Shown: positions 29,771 through 39,203, numbered from the stretch's first letter. The stretch: 63,122 nucleotides of DNA from a virus (IMGVR_UViG_3300047561_000302:1-63122); one strand, 5' to 3'. Notes: a model not told the origin generated them from the sequence alone. Numbers and translations are program-made.

Positions 29771-30731
29771 TTTGGGACTCCATTTTGTTTTTTTCACGAG
29801 CATACTGCTCATTAGTAAGGTTTAATTTCTTAGCTAATGCTTGTTCCCTTAGCGTAAGAGTTACTCGTTTTGGCGAGGTCGATCTTGTTGCGGGGGCAAC
29901 AACAGTTGCTGGTTTTTTAGCAGAGTGTTTGATTTCTGCGTCCGAAGAATCTTTGGTTTCTTCGCCTCCCCCAAATTTCTCAGGGAATCTTCTGTGTACT
30001 TCTTCGTCTATAGTAGCCCAGTAATGGTCGGAGCCTATTGGGACTCCTTCTCTTTCTAGCCTTCTATGCACGCCATGAGCCAGATAGCTCATATCATCAT
30101 CTTTCCCGTACCACTGGTTTTTGTCCAGCCACGATTGGGTTTTTGAGTCCAATTGTTGGGGTTGATTTTGTATTTGTACACCAGATTCTTGAGATTGTAA
30201 AGCTTCTTGTGAAAATTCGGGACGATAGCGTTCTAATTCTTGCGATTTGAACTTTACATCCGTCAATTTGTCCTGAGCCTCTACTAAACGGTCAGAATCG
30301 CCAGAGTCATAAGCATCTTTGTACTCTTGTTTTGCTTTTTCCAGCTCATAACTGATGTTTTGCTTAACATTGGTAACTAAGTTTTGCTCACCTACTGTCA
30401 ATTTACCCTTTAATTGCTGGTTTTCAGCAAGAACTGACTGGGCAAGACGAATTGCATCCTTTTGTTCCTTTTCTGCAGCGTCAGCTCGTCTACGTTCATC
30501 GTTATAGACCTTCTTCATTTGCATTAATCGGGTTTTTGCCTCCCCAGAATAGGCTTCTAAGTCATCTGCATCAATTTCATCGACCAATTGCTTGGGCATT
30601 GGTGTTGCATTTGCCTTATCTTCCTCTGGTGTATCGTCTACTAATTCAATTTCAAAATCTTCTTCAGGTATTTGAGCCTGAATTTTTTCTTCATCTGGGA
30701 ATTTAAATTCCTCAAGTTGCATTTGAGCCAT
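29763..30731 (-). CDS. Capsid scaffolding protein
   Basis: Acidic N-terminus, coiled coil, WLDKNQWYG, C-terminal LAKKLNLTNEQYAREK; lies between portal and MCP. Confidence 0.7.
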   Translation of the reverse strand: MAQMQLEEFKFPDEEKIQAQIPEEDFEIELVDDTPEEDKANATPMPKQLVDEIDADDLEAYSGEAKTRLMQMKKVYNDERRRADAAEKEQKDAIRLAQSVLAENQQLKGKLTVGEQNLVTNVKQNISYELEKAKQEYKDAYDSGDSDRLVEAQDKLTDVKFKSQELERYRPEFSQEALQSQESGVQIQNQPQQLDSKTQSWLDKNQWYGKDDDMSYLAHGVHRRLEREGVPIGSDHYWATIDEEVHRRFPEKFGGGEETKDSSDAEIKHSAKKPATVVAPATRSTSPKRVTLTLREQALAKKLNLTNEQYAREKNKMESQNG

Positions 30732-30740
30732 GATTTCTCC

Positions 30741-31157
30741 TTAAACTCGTGTTATTCCTCTTGGATCTTGTACGATGCCCTCTACAGAGTCATCATTTAG
30801 AATCCTGAACTCTCGTCCGTGGATCTTTAGCCTTGTGCCAGAGTTTGGTCTGGCTAAAATAAAGTCACCGACTTTGCACCAAGGGCCATTTGGAAATCGA
30901 CCTTTGTCCTGGTAACAATCTGGACCCATTTTTACGACAAAAAAGACAGTTGAAAGAACTTCTTCGTATTGCATAGTTTTATCCGATTTGAGGATTCCAC
31001 TTTCATACTCTTTCTCTTGCTCTGGTATTGCCACTAAAATACGGTATCCCGAAGGTTCTGGTAATGCTTTTGCTTTTTCTTCATTGCTAGATTCAAAATT
31101 TACTACTCCCACGATGTGCGGGTTATCGGGATTTGAGCCGATAAGGATTTCACTCAT
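30741..31157 (-). CDS. GroES/Cpn10-like co-chaperonin
   Basis: PSGYRILV, SGIL, VVKMGP, CKVGDFIL, GREFRILNDDSVEGIV. Confidence 0.8.
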   Translation of the reverse strand: MSEILIGSNPDNPHIVGVVNFESSNEEKAKALPEPSGYRILVAIPEQEKEYESGILKSDKTMQYEEVLSTVFFVVKMGPDCYQDKGRFPNGPWCKVGDFILARPNSGTRLKIHGREFRILNDDSVEGIVQDPRGITRV

Positions 31158-31341
31158 CCGAGTTCTCCAGTCTTTGTTTCAGGTCTGTAATAATTAAACA
31201 AGCAGACTCCAGACCTCGAAGTTGTCCGCAAGCGTACTTGTACTCCTCAAAAGATTGACAATTTCCCGCAGCAACAGCCTGTTTGAGGACTGTTATGCGT
31301 TCTTTGTACTCGTCTAAAAGGTAATCCAAATTCTTATCCAT
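31150..31341 (-). CDS. Hypothetical protein
   Basis: 63 aa; FEEYKYACGQLRGL motif; coupled to portal. Confidence 0.65.
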   Translation of the reverse strand: MDKNLDYLLDEYKERITVLKQAVAAGNCQSFEEYKYACGQLRGLESACLIITDLKQRLENSDE

Positions 31342-33782
31342 TAGCCTTTATTCTCCTTTTTTGGATTTTTCATTTCACTAATTTGTTTGCCAATCTGAAA
31401 GCCTTCTTTCATTTTTTCTAATTCAAGCTTTTCCTTGTCAGATGCTTGTTTTGCCCCGACTTGAAGGCCAGCAATACGTTCCTGGGATGAAATACGCTCT
31501 TGTTCGATACGGATTTGGTCTGCTTTTGCAGATGCATCCATAACGTCTTTTTGCTTTTTGCGTAATTCTTCTGCTTCTTTGAGCTGGAGTTCTTTTGCTT
31601 GCATTTGAATGACAGGATCTTGAGCTGCTTGTTGAGCCTGTTGCGCTGCAATTTCGTTTTTGTTTCTGTTTAAAAGCATATCCGAAGCCTGAGCAGCCAT
31701 CGCAGAAATCTGTACTTCCATTTCCCGTGGAATACCTTCTTCCTTCTCTTGGTCTGGATCTGGCAATTGAACATTCATCAACTGTTCCATCTGTCTACGG
31801 TATGCGTAGGCTAAGTGTTGATTAATATGAGCCATCGCAGCTGCGCCAATTGCCTGAGCATTTGGGTTTTGGCCCATCAACTGAGCAATTTTTGGATCTT
31901 TCATGGCGTTCATATGGACTTGAATATGCGCTTCATGGTCTTGATAGAAGAACGCTTTTACTGGCCGCATATTAATGATGTTCATATTCTCAGTAATAGG
32001 ATCTTCTGGGGTTTGATCATCTTCTAGCTTAATAAGTTTCTTAGCATTTTTAATGCCAAGAACTTCTAACATCTGACGGTGAAGTTTGGCTAAGTCGTAT
32101 AACTGAGGAGCCTGTTGAGCCAGTTGTAAAACGGCTTGATACTGAACCACTTTCTGGCTCATCGTTGCAGCGTTAGGATCAGAGACTGGAACAACGTCTA
32201 CATCGTCATAGTCTGATTGTTTAGCAAAACGAGTACCTTCGTCAGGTTCGTAGCTATAGTCTGGTGGGGTGTAATCACGGATGATGTCTTTTAAAAGTCC
32301 TAACTCTTGTTTCATTGAGTAATGAACACGGGCCTGAACTGCAGACATTACTTTGAGAGTTCTTTCCAAAATAGCCAGAGTCGTACCGACTGGGGTATTG
32401 GCTGACATATCCGAAATCTCAATATCAGCTGCCGAGGCAAACCTACGGCCTTCCTCTACGATAGTTCCAAGTAAAGAATAGAGAACTTGACTTGGTTCTT
32501 TGTAAGGCAAAGGTAGGATATTGTCTTTTAATACTCCGCTGGGTACGTCAACATCACGGAACTCTCCTGGAGAAATCGGAGTATCGTCTCCTTTTACTCG
32601 CAAGCCACGGGTCTTAAAGCCACCTGGCAGATTCGATAAAGTCCCTGCGTCAACAAGCTGTCTGATAATAGAAGTACCAGACTTAGCAAAAGCACCCACA
32701 AGATGAATAAGGCCAAAGCAGTAAAAGCCAAAGCCAGGAACGTATCCATAATGGACAAAATGGTTTCTTTTTTGAAATTTAGCATCTTCTGGTCTCCAGT
32801 TTCTACGGATTGCCAATACAGTCTGAGTGCCTTTTTCTATCGTTACGATATAAGGTAAGGCAATTCCTGTCTCTTCTCCGTCTACTTTATGTTCAAAGCC
32901 CGATAAATTTAAGTTAACCTGTGTTTCACATAATTTATAGCGGTCATCCGAGCTTGCCGTAAATCCCATCTTCTCGGCAATTTTCTTTTCTACTTCATCA
33001 AAGGCGGTAGAGGGTTCACCTAGTTCTACGTCTCGGTAAAATCCAGCGACTTGAAGTTTACGTAATTCATTTTCTGTCTTACGCATTACGTGGGTTACAC
33101 GCTCTGCACTTCTAAGATCTGAAGCGCCATAAGGAACGATTAAGTCTTCAGCAGGAACGAATAAGGAAACCTGACGTTCTAAGTTTGGATCGTAGTAGAC
33201 TTTCTTAAAGGCGTTACCTGAGAGTCCGAGTCCCCAGCACATACGCTCATGCTCAGGGCGATACTCTGGCATCTTTTCCATGATCTGATAGTTCATGTCT
33301 TTTTGAACACGATCTGCCGCTTTCATTTTTTCTGGAGTTTCTCTGCCGATAACTAAGGTCTTTACTGGGCCTCCAGCTGGAATGGTTTCCATTACAGTTT
33401 CGGCTTGGAACTTGACTAGGGCTTCTGACATTAGTGGGTGATAAACACCACAGGCTCCTTCCCAGGGTTCAGTACGGGTTTCAATTTTAAGGCCTAATAA
33501 CTCTAAGCCGTCTGTATAGGTTTGCATCCAGTCTTTACGGGAAGAGATGTCGGCATCGATGTCTCCTAGGATTTCGCCAGCAATCATGGCGAGTTCACCA
33601 GCATCCATATGCTCGGCTAAGTTTTCATCAAACTCATCTTCGCCTTCTTCTAGATCTTGTTTCGCAATCTCTAATCCGTTTATCATTAATGAGTCTGGAT
33701 TTTCAATTTCAATTTCTAAGTCTGGCTCTTGTGCGTCAATAGCGCCTAACCCAGCTGGGAGTTCATATAATGCTTTTTCCAT
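31341..33782 (-). CDS. Portal protein
   Basis: 813 aa downstream of TerL; GNAFKKVYYD, QLVDAGTLSNLPGG; Q-rich coiled-coil C-terminus. Confidence 0.85.
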   Translation of the reverse strand: MEKALYELPAGLGAIDAQEPDLEIEIENPDSLMINGLEIAKQDLEEGEDEFDENLAEHMDAGELAMIAGEILGDIDADISSRKDWMQTYTDGLELLGLKIETRTEPWEGACGVYHPLMSEALVKFQAETVMETIPAGGPVKTLVIGRETPEKMKAADRVQKDMNYQIMEKMPEYRPEHERMCWGLGLSGNAFKKVYYDPNLERQVSLFVPAEDLIVPYGASDLRSAERVTHVMRKTENELRKLQVAGFYRDVELGEPSTAFDEVEKKIAEKMGFTASSDDRYKLCETQVNLNLSGFEHKVDGEETGIALPYIVTIEKGTQTVLAIRRNWRPEDAKFQKRNHFVHYGYVPGFGFYCFGLIHLVGAFAKSGTSIIRQLVDAGTLSNLPGGFKTRGLRVKGDDTPISPGEFRDVDVPSGVLKDNILPLPYKEPSQVLYSLLGTIVEEGRRFASAADIEISDMSANTPVGTTLAILERTLKVMSAVQARVHYSMKQELGLLKDIIRDYTPPDYSYEPDEGTRFAKQSDYDDVDVVPVSDPNAATMSQKVVQYQAVLQLAQQAPQLYDLAKLHRQMLEVLGIKNAKKLIKLEDDQTPEDPITENMNIINMRPVKAFFYQDHEAHIQVHMNAMKDPKIAQLMGQNPNAQAIGAAAMAHINQHLAYAYRRQMEQLMNVQLPDPDQEKEEGIPREMEVQISAMAAQASDMLLNRNKNEIAAQQAQQAAQDPVIQMQAKELQLKEAEELRKKQKDVMDASAKADQIRIEQERISSQERIAGLQVGAKQASDKEKLELEKMKEGFQIGKQISEMKNPKKENKG

Positions 33783-33790
33783 AATTTTTC

Positions 33791-35278
33791 CTAGTAATAT
33801 GCTGCTTTGCGTCTGTATATTGGTTCGTCAACTTCATCTGTTTGAAGCCTTAAAAACCCGCCTTTTCTAAATCTAATTAGAGCTTGGGTTGTCGAATCCA
33901 CTAAGTCATCGTGATCTGAATTAGGAAACGCAGCCATCTCTTCCATTACCTCTTCTGCCCAGCGTGTAGGTGGACACCAAATTTTGCCCGAAGCAAATAG
34001 GTCAGCCACCGCATTAATACGGCTAATCTTATCATTTCCCCTTACTGGCGTAAACTCCTGAACAGGAATCCCCATAGAGCGTAACTCATAAATGAGGGGA
34101 GCGCCAGAGGCTTTTGCCTCCACAATAAAAGAGTCAGGCTGCCATTCATTATAAAGTTCCATGGCTCGTTTTTTTAACTCTGGGAACTCTAGCCTTTCCT
34201 TATGAGCGTCTAACAAAATTACATGAACATCGTCTGGGTTCTCATCTTTATCAAAGACACCCCATGTCGTACAGGCTGAATAGTCTGAACGTTCATTTTT
34301 TGTAAAGGCTGTATCCCAAGACTGGATGATAAACTTACAAGGCGGGGGGTTCTTTTCTTCCCAGATTTTCCACCACTCTCTTTTAACAATCGCCCCTTCT
34401 TCGGAGGTTGGGTTTTGTTGATACTGTGCCGACCATTTAGAAATTGGTAGTACATTTCTTAGTTTTTCAAGTTCGGCAAAAGACCAGAACTCTGGCCATA
34501 AAGGTTTTTCGTTTTTCTTAATTGCTGGAAGACTGATTATTTCCCATTCGTCTCCGTCTTTTTCGACCATACTTTGTAAGACTCGGCCAGTTAAATCTCG
34601 TTTACCCCAGCGGGTCATTACGATTACAATCGCTCCTCCTGGCTGAAGACGTTGCCTTGGTCCCGACTCATACCATTCAAAGACTTTATCGTAGACCTCA
34701 GGATTTCCTGAAGCTAAAGCTGCTTCTTGTTCTGAGTGGGGATCATCAATAATGAGCAGATCAGCGCCCTTACCCGTAACAGTACCGCCAACACCAATAG
34801 CAAAATAATCGCCATTGGAATTAGTAGCCCAACGGCCAGCAGCCTTAGAGTCATGTCTGAGAGAGACATTTGGAAAGACTTTGGCATAGGTATCTCCATC
34901 AACTAAGTTACGAACCTTACGTCCAAAACCTACGGCCAATTCAGAGGTATTGGAACATTGAATTATTTTACGATTAGGAAACTTTCCTAAGTACCAAGCT
35001 GGGAGTAGATAAGAAGCAAACTCCGACTTTGTATGTCTAGGAGGCATATTAATAATCAATCTCTTAATCTTCCCAGCAGCTATCTCTTCAAACTTCTTAG
35101 CCATTAAAGCGTGATGTTGCCCATGGATAAATCCTGGCCACATGACTTTTACAAACTCCATAAATTTTTTGCTAGACTTTTCCCGCACTTTTGCATCGGC
35201 ATAGCCTTGCGCCATAGCAAAGATATTATCCCTATCTCCTTCAGGCAGAGAGTCTAGAAACTTATTTAACTTACTCAA
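33791..35278 (-). CDS. terL: Terminase large subunit
   Basis: INMPPRHTKS (Walker A), LLIIDDPH (Walker B), SWDTA, HDDLVDS nuclease motifs. Confidence 0.93.
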   Translation of the reverse strand: MSKLNKFLDSLPEGDRDNIFAMAQGYADAKVREKSSKKFMEFVKVMWPGFIHGQHHALMAKKFEEIAAGKIKRLIINMPPRHTKSEFASYLLPAWYLGKFPNRKIIQCSNTSELAVGFGRKVRNLVDGDTYAKVFPNVSLRHDSKAAGRWATNSNGDYFAIGVGGTVTGKGADLLIIDDPHSEQEAALASGNPEVYDKVFEWYESGPRQRLQPGGAIVIVMTRWGKRDLTGRVLQSMVEKDGDEWEIISLPAIKKNEKPLWPEFWSFAELEKLRNVLPISKWSAQYQQNPTSEEGAIVKREWWKIWEEKNPPPCKFIIQSWDTAFTKNERSDYSACTTWGVFDKDENPDDVHVILLDAHKERLEFPELKKRAMELYNEWQPDSFIVEAKASGAPLIYELRSMGIPVQEFTPVRGNDKISRINAVADLFASGKIWCPPTRWAEEVMEEMAAFPNSDHDDLVDSTTQALIRFRKGGFLRLQTDEVDEPIYRRKAAYY

Positions 35279-35495
35279 TGTTTCTAACCTTTAAGTAGCT
35301 CGGCCTAATACTTCTCGCCCGATTCTTGACCCCTTTACAAATCCCAAACTCGACCAGTTTCCACATCTGACGGGCAACGTTCCCTCTACCCCTGTCACCT
35401 GTAGCTTCCATAATGTCATCTATAGACGGACCAAACCCGTTCTTTTTCCAGAACTCATCAATAATATAAAAGATTGTCTGTTGCTTAGGAGTCAT
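35271..35495 (-). CDS. LexA-like winged-helix DNA-binding protein (no peptidase domain)
   Basis: MTPKQQTIF..I..F....GFGPSIDDI...RARSIR pattern. Confidence 0.7.
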   Translation of the reverse strand: MTPKQQTIFYIIDEFWKKNGFGPSIDDIMEATGDRGRGNVARQMWKLVEFGICKGVKNRARSIRPSYLKVRNIE

Positions 35496-35676
35496 ACTTT
35501 GCTACTCTTTCCGTATACATTAAATCCGTAAAGACCTCATGTAGATTTTTTTTCATAATATATGTCGCTATAGCCAGGGCGTAATAGATTTCCCCTTCGG
35601 GGTCGTGCTCTTCTTTATAGCTTTCGAGCAACCTTATTGCTTCATCTATATCGCCAAGGGAAACGAATTTTTTCAA
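35485..35676 (-). CDS. Hypothetical protein
   Basis: 63-aa ORF filling the gap in the late operon. Confidence 0.5.
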   Translation of the reverse strand: MKKFVSLGDIDEAIRLLESYKEEHDPEGEIYYALAIATYIMKKNLHEVFTDLMYTERVAKYDS

Positions 35677-35687
35677 AAAATATACCC

Positions 35688-36608
35688 CTACCCCTTTTCA
35701 TTTGAAACGATGACGGGGGGGTTTCCTATATTAGGGTTTATACTAGTTGACACGTAAGTACTTGATTCTGCAGGATTTGTCACCCTAACATTGTTGGGGT
35801 GAGATTGGGGATTCGTTGAATGGGAACTCTCACTGTCTGGAATACTATGCAAGTTGGCTGAGGAAGGCTCGAGGCAAATATTGGGGGGCGGGGGTGAGTG
35901 GGTCTCGACAAATCCCGAATCGACAAGCCCATCCCCCTCGACATTACTAACACTGTTAGCCATAGCATCATCAGCTTCAGCATTTAGTTCATGAAGTAAG
36001 TCATCAGCTTCATAATCACTATCATCATCCCCAGTTATCTCAGCCAGTAATCTATCTGCTTCGTCTACATCTTCTACATCCTGATTGGATAATGCCAGCC
36101 GCAGGGATTGAATCAGCTTCTCTCGCATCTCGCCTGAGTCTGCGTTGATGTTGATCACCTCTCTGCGTTCAGTGAATGACTGGACTTCAGTAAGTTTCCC
36201 TATTAATTCCAGTGCTTTGAGTTGTTGCGTGTCCTTTACTTCAGGATCAATGGCCTTTTCCGTCAGTCTTTGTATCACCAATGCCCGAAGGTGCAGGGGC
36301 GTAGTATATTTCTGAGCCTCAATAGCCAGCCTGAAGGCATCTATCTGCGCCTGTATTCGGCTATCTCTTGCCAGTTCATTCCCTCGCCTACTCGCAGTCT
36401 TGGGTTTAGCCTGACTCTGCCTACCATTTGGCCTACTTCGCCTGTAAGACTCTGCTTTAGTTTTTCCAAGAGCCATTTCTTCCGCAAACTTGATTTGACT
36501 GTTTGTCAAAGAAGTTGTCTTGCTCTGAGCACCAATGAGTATTCTCTCCATTGGCATCTGGTCTAATACTTCTCTGACTTGCTTCCTGTTTAACTTAGGT
36601 ATCTTCAT
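35688..36608 (-). CDS. Putative terminase small subunit
   Basis: LTNSQIKFAEEMALGKTKAESYR HTH-like segment, QLKALELIGK; first gene of late operon. Confidence 0.65.
   Translation of the reverse strand: MKIPKLNRKQVREVLDQMPMERILIGAQSKTTSLTNSQIKFAEEMALGKTKAESYRRSRPNGRQSQAKPKTASRRGNELARDSRIQAQIDAFRLAIEAQKYTTPLHLRALVIQRLTEKAIDPEVKDTQQLKALELIGKLTEVQSFTERREVININADSGEMREKLIQSLRLALSNQDVEDVDEADRLLAEITGDDDSDYEADDLLHELNAEADDAMANSVSNVEGDGLVDSGFVETHSPPPPNICLEPSSANLHSIPDSESSHSTNPQSHPNNVRVTNPAESSTYVSTSINPNIGNPPVIVSNEKG
35780..35802. promoter_or_regulatory. Palindromic site copy B
   Basis: TCACCCTAACATTGTTGGGGTGA. Confidence 0.65.
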
Positions 36609-36658
36609 TGGGTGGGTATATATTAGGTATCACGATACTAGCATACTTGGACACTTGA

Positions 36659-36681
36659 TGACACTAACAATGTTAGGGTGA
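36659..36681. promoter_or_regulatory. Palindromic site copy C, upstream of late operon
   Basis: Reverse complement is TCACCCTAACATTGTTAGTGTCA. Confidence 0.7.
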
Positions 36682-36896
36682 GAATTAGGTAATGAGTAGT
36701 GTTCTCCCCTTGTAGTGGAGAAGCCTTTGCACTGTTCCGCTTCGCTATCTTTGCCCGCTTTTAGTTCCCAGTAAGCGCACTACAATGCCCTGCTTTGAAT
36801 TTTTATGAGCACTGATACACGAGTAAGTGATCATAGGCCGCCTAGTTCTGCCCTACAAGCCCCATTCTATAAGGGCTAAATTTATTTTCACAAAAC

Positions 36897-36928
36897 ACTT
36901 GACAGTCAAGTATTGTATGCTTGAGAAT
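36897..36928 (+). promoter_or_regulatory. Putative early sigma70 promoter with palindromic operator over the -35
   Basis: TTGACA at 36899-36904, GAGAAT 18 bp downstream; ACTTGAC-A-GTCAAGT perfect inverted repeat at 36897-36911. Confidence 0.55.
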
Positions 36929-36965
36929 GGAATCTCTCACATGACATGAGAGCAACACTAACTAA

Positions 36966-36975
36966 CTGCTAGGAG
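36966..36975 (+). promoter_or_regulatory. Extended SD motif CTGCTAGGAG (candidate sRNA target 1)
   Basis: 6 nt upstream of ATG 36982. Confidence 0.75.
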
Positions 36976-36981
36976 TTAAAT

Positions 36982-37371
36982 ATGTTTGAATTGACCAATA
37001 AAATTGAAGCCAACAAATGCTTCTCTCACTTCCTGTTCCACAATGAGGACAACAATACTGTTGCAGTTGCTGACCATAGTATTGCTAACCTAAATGATCC
37101 ATCTTCCACTGAGGATGGTCTGCTTGTTTGGACTGGTGAGATGGGCAGACTGATTAGCACTGCTGACCGCCACACTTCCGTCCTGCTTGATGTTCGTATG
37201 GAAGATGGTGATACATCCACTGTAATTACCAGTGTCCTAACTGCTTGCCGCATAGAGCAATTGACTGGCTTACAAGTGATCCCAATGAACATTGAGATTG
37301 CTGATTACAAGTCCTGCGAATACGCAGGGCATCAGCCTGAATACAATCCTGACAATTACAGGGGCATCTGA
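36982..37371 (+). CDS. Early hypothetical protein
   Basis: First gene of plus-strand cluster, strong RBS. Confidence 0.65.
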   Translation: MFELTNKIEANKCFSHFLFHNEDNNTVAVADHSIANLNDPSSTEDGLLVWTGEMGRLISTADRHTSVLLDVRMEDGDTSTVITSVLTACRIEQLTGLQVIPMNIEIADYKSCEYAGHQPEYNPDNYRGI

Positions 37372-37373
37372 TT

Positions 37374-37613
37374 ATGAAGAAACCAATGATTGATACCTTA
37401 CTGGTGAAGTTGAGCAAGACTACTACTGATGCTGTTGGTAATGGTCTGCGTGGTGCGTTTGTGGTAAGTGCCATTGAATCCTACTCTCGCCAAGTGATTG
37501 CTAATTCTGAAGCCAGTGATTTTGCTCACGAACACAAGATTATCAATGAGGGTGCTTGGGTTGAATGTGCCAAACAATGTTTGGAATTGATTGAGAAAGC
37601 ACTACACGAGTGA
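37374..37613 (+). CDS. Early hypothetical protein
   Basis: 79 aa; AFVVSAIESYS..V motif. Confidence 0.6.
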   Translation: MKKPMIDTLLVKLSKTTTDAVGNGLRGAFVVSAIESYSRQVIANSEASDFAHEHKIINEGAWVECAKQCLELIEKALHE

Positions 37614-37683
37614 TACCTACAAGCCCATGCACTGCGTGGGTTTGTGGATTATCAATCCTGATAGTCATAACTCTGCTAGGAGA
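37611..37683 (+). promoter_or_regulatory. Structured leader plus extended SD (candidate sRNA target 2)
   Basis: 14-bp hairpin 37617-37647, alternative hairpin 37647-37666, CTCTGCTAGGAGA at 37671-37683. Confidence 0.65.
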
Positions 37684-37689
37684 TTTATC

Positions 37690-38043
37690 TTGAATACTAC
37701 TAAATTAGATTTAAGCCAGTTTTATGGCACTGAGAATTATTGGCGCACACACAAGATTTTTGCACCTGACTTGCTTCACACTGACGGGGTTCAATACTTC
37801 GCTGATGAAGCAGGTGCTTACTGGTTCTTGGACATTGTTGCTACTGAGTATTTCCCCTTGACTGAGCACGAGTCTCTCTTATCCATCCAGTTAGCAGTTG
37901 AGGATGGTAAGGCCGACATCTGCGTAGAGGACGGAGACTGTAAGGTTCTCAAGCAAAAGCATATCTCCCTGACTGACTGCCCTGATGGTCTTTACAAGTT
38001 CTTCTTGACTAACAATGTTCTGATGCTTACTTCGGAGTATTAA
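37690..38043 (+). CDS. Early protein, DUF6876-like
   Basis: LSQFYGTENYW, TDGVQYFADEAGAYWFLD, VLMLTSEY; start reassigned to TTG 37690 behind AGGAG. Confidence 0.7.
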   Translation: MNTTKLDLSQFYGTENYWRTHKIFAPDLLHTDGVQYFADEAGAYWFLDIVATEYFPLTEHESLLSIQLAVEDGKADICVEDGDCKVLKQKHISLTDCPDGLYKFFLTNNVLMLTSEY

Positions 38044-38045
38044 TC

Positions 38046-38348
38046 ATGGCTACTTATTCTATCGGCACTATGACTTTTAATGCCCCACTGATTATGGAAG
38101 GCAGTTGGGGCGAAAGAGATATTGGGACTCATGAATCAACAATGGAGTTGTTCTTCCATGATGACGCTACTGGATTCATTGAGTGGGACATTGAGGATGT
38201 TGGGTTTGAGCATATTGGTCTGTGGTTCACCATTGACCAGTTTGGCATCCGCACATTGTCTGAGTATGACGGAGTAATGTGCTTGTCTGATAAGGCCATT
38301 GAGTTGCTTCGTAAGTTTGATGTAGTCGTGCCAAAGGACTTCGAATAA
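38046..38348 (+). CDS. Early hypothetical protein
   Basis: 100 aa; EGSWGER, HIGLWF, YDGVMCL; GGAG RBS. Confidence 0.65.
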   Translation: MATYSIGTMTFNAPLIMEGSWGERDIGTHESTMELFFHDDATGFIEWDIEDVGFEHIGLWFTIDQFGIRTLSEYDGVMCLSDKAIELLRKFDVVVPKDFE

Positions 38349-38524
38349 TGAAAGCACTGATCGTAGATACCAATTCGCAACGGGTTGCCTACCATCAGTG
38401 CCATTCATGGTCTGAGTGCTATGAATGGGCTGAGTCATTTATCGGCTGGAATGGTCTTGAGAGACTATCCAGTCATAAGGCAAATGGTCAATTAATTACA
38501 TGGGTGAAAACAAATGTTCAATAA
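38348..38524 (+). CDS. Small early protein (58 aa)
   Basis: TAATG coupling; MKALIVDTNSQRVAYHQCHSWSECYEWAESF... Confidence 0.55.
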   Translation: MKALIVDTNSQRVAYHQCHSWSECYEWAESFIGWNGLERLSSHKANGQLITWVKTNVQ

Positions 38525-38630
38525 ATTTGAATGGGTTTTAAATGCCTTACTCGCTATGGCATGGGGATACATAGCTATGTATGTATTTCCATCTGCCATG
38601 TTTCTTTTTATTCAAACTGGGAGATTTTAA
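38514..38630 (+). CDS. Small hydrophobic peptide (38 aa)
   Basis: MFNKFEWVLNALLAMAWGYIAMYVFPSAMFLFIQTGRF; fills gap exactly. Confidence 0.5.
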   Translation: MFNKFEWVLNALLAMAWGYIAMYVFPSAMFLFIQTGRF

Positions 38631-38631
38631 T

Positions 38632-38862
38632 ATGCACTGCTTACATGAAAACCAATACATATGGGATGAGTATGATGCTCAAGGTATTTTCCTGACAAGA
38701 GTCTGCGATAAATGCGTGGATGCCAAGTTAAGCGTATACAGGCCTGAGATTCTTTCAGGGTATGACCAATCAGATGTTGATGAGTTTATCGAGCCTGACG
38801 GAGACTTCCCCAGTGATCGATTCATTCTTGCTGAGAGCAATTCTCGCAACACACAATTTTAA
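38632..38862 (+). CDS. Early hypothetical protein
   Basis: YDAQGIFLTRVCDKC..KLSVYRPEIL; GGAG RBS before ATG 38632. Confidence 0.65.
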   Translation: MHCLHENQYIWDEYDAQGIFLTRVCDKCVDAKLSVYRPEILSGYDQSDVDEFIEPDGDFPSDRFILAESNSRNTQF

Positions 38863-38873
38863 GGAGAAATAAC

Positions 38874-39131
38874 ATGGAAATTAAATTTTTTGCTGATCCG
38901 TCTCATGGATGGGGAGAAGTGCCAATGAGCCTCATTAAAGAGTTGTGCATAGAAGACCAAATAAGCGACTATTCCTATCTCAAGGGAGACATGGCTTACC
39001 TTGAAGAAGATTGTGATCTACCAGTCTTTCTGAGGGCATTGGAGTCAAGAGGGATTGAGTATCCAAAGTTTGTTGATATTCACACTAACCACGATAGCCC
39101 AGTGCGTAGGTATCGTAGATTCAATTCATAA
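38874..39131 (+). CDS. Early hypothetical protein
   Basis: FADPSHGW, ISDYSY, YLEEDCD motifs; AAGGAG RBS. Confidence 0.7.
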   Translation: MEIKFFADPSHGWGEVPMSLIKELCIEDQISDYSYLKGDMAYLEEDCDLPVFLRALESRGIEYPKFVDIHTNHDSPVRRYRRFNS

Positions 39132-39136
39132 GTGCT

Positions 39137-39198
39137 GTAATCCTGATGCCCTGATGGGCATTGGGATTGCCATTTTGCAATCATTAACTGCTAGGAGA
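39137..39198 (+). promoter_or_regulatory. Structured leader plus extended SD (candidate sRNA target 3)
   Basis: 15-bp hairpin 39137-39170, alternative GATTGC/GCAATC hairpin 39165-39182, CTGCTAGGAGA at 39188-39198. Confidence 0.65.
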
Positions 39199-39203
39199 AT
39201 GTT

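Noticed and set aside
35685-35900. G/C homopolymer runs near the end of the TerS-like gene as a pac site
   Set aside because: Plausible location but no positive evidence without read-termini data.
38354-38474. Three tandem strong hairpins suggesting an ncRNA or hammerhead ribozyme
   Set aside because: They lie wholly inside a plausible coupled 58-aa ORF (38348..38524), and the CUGAUGA/GAAA hammerhead core is not correctly arranged.
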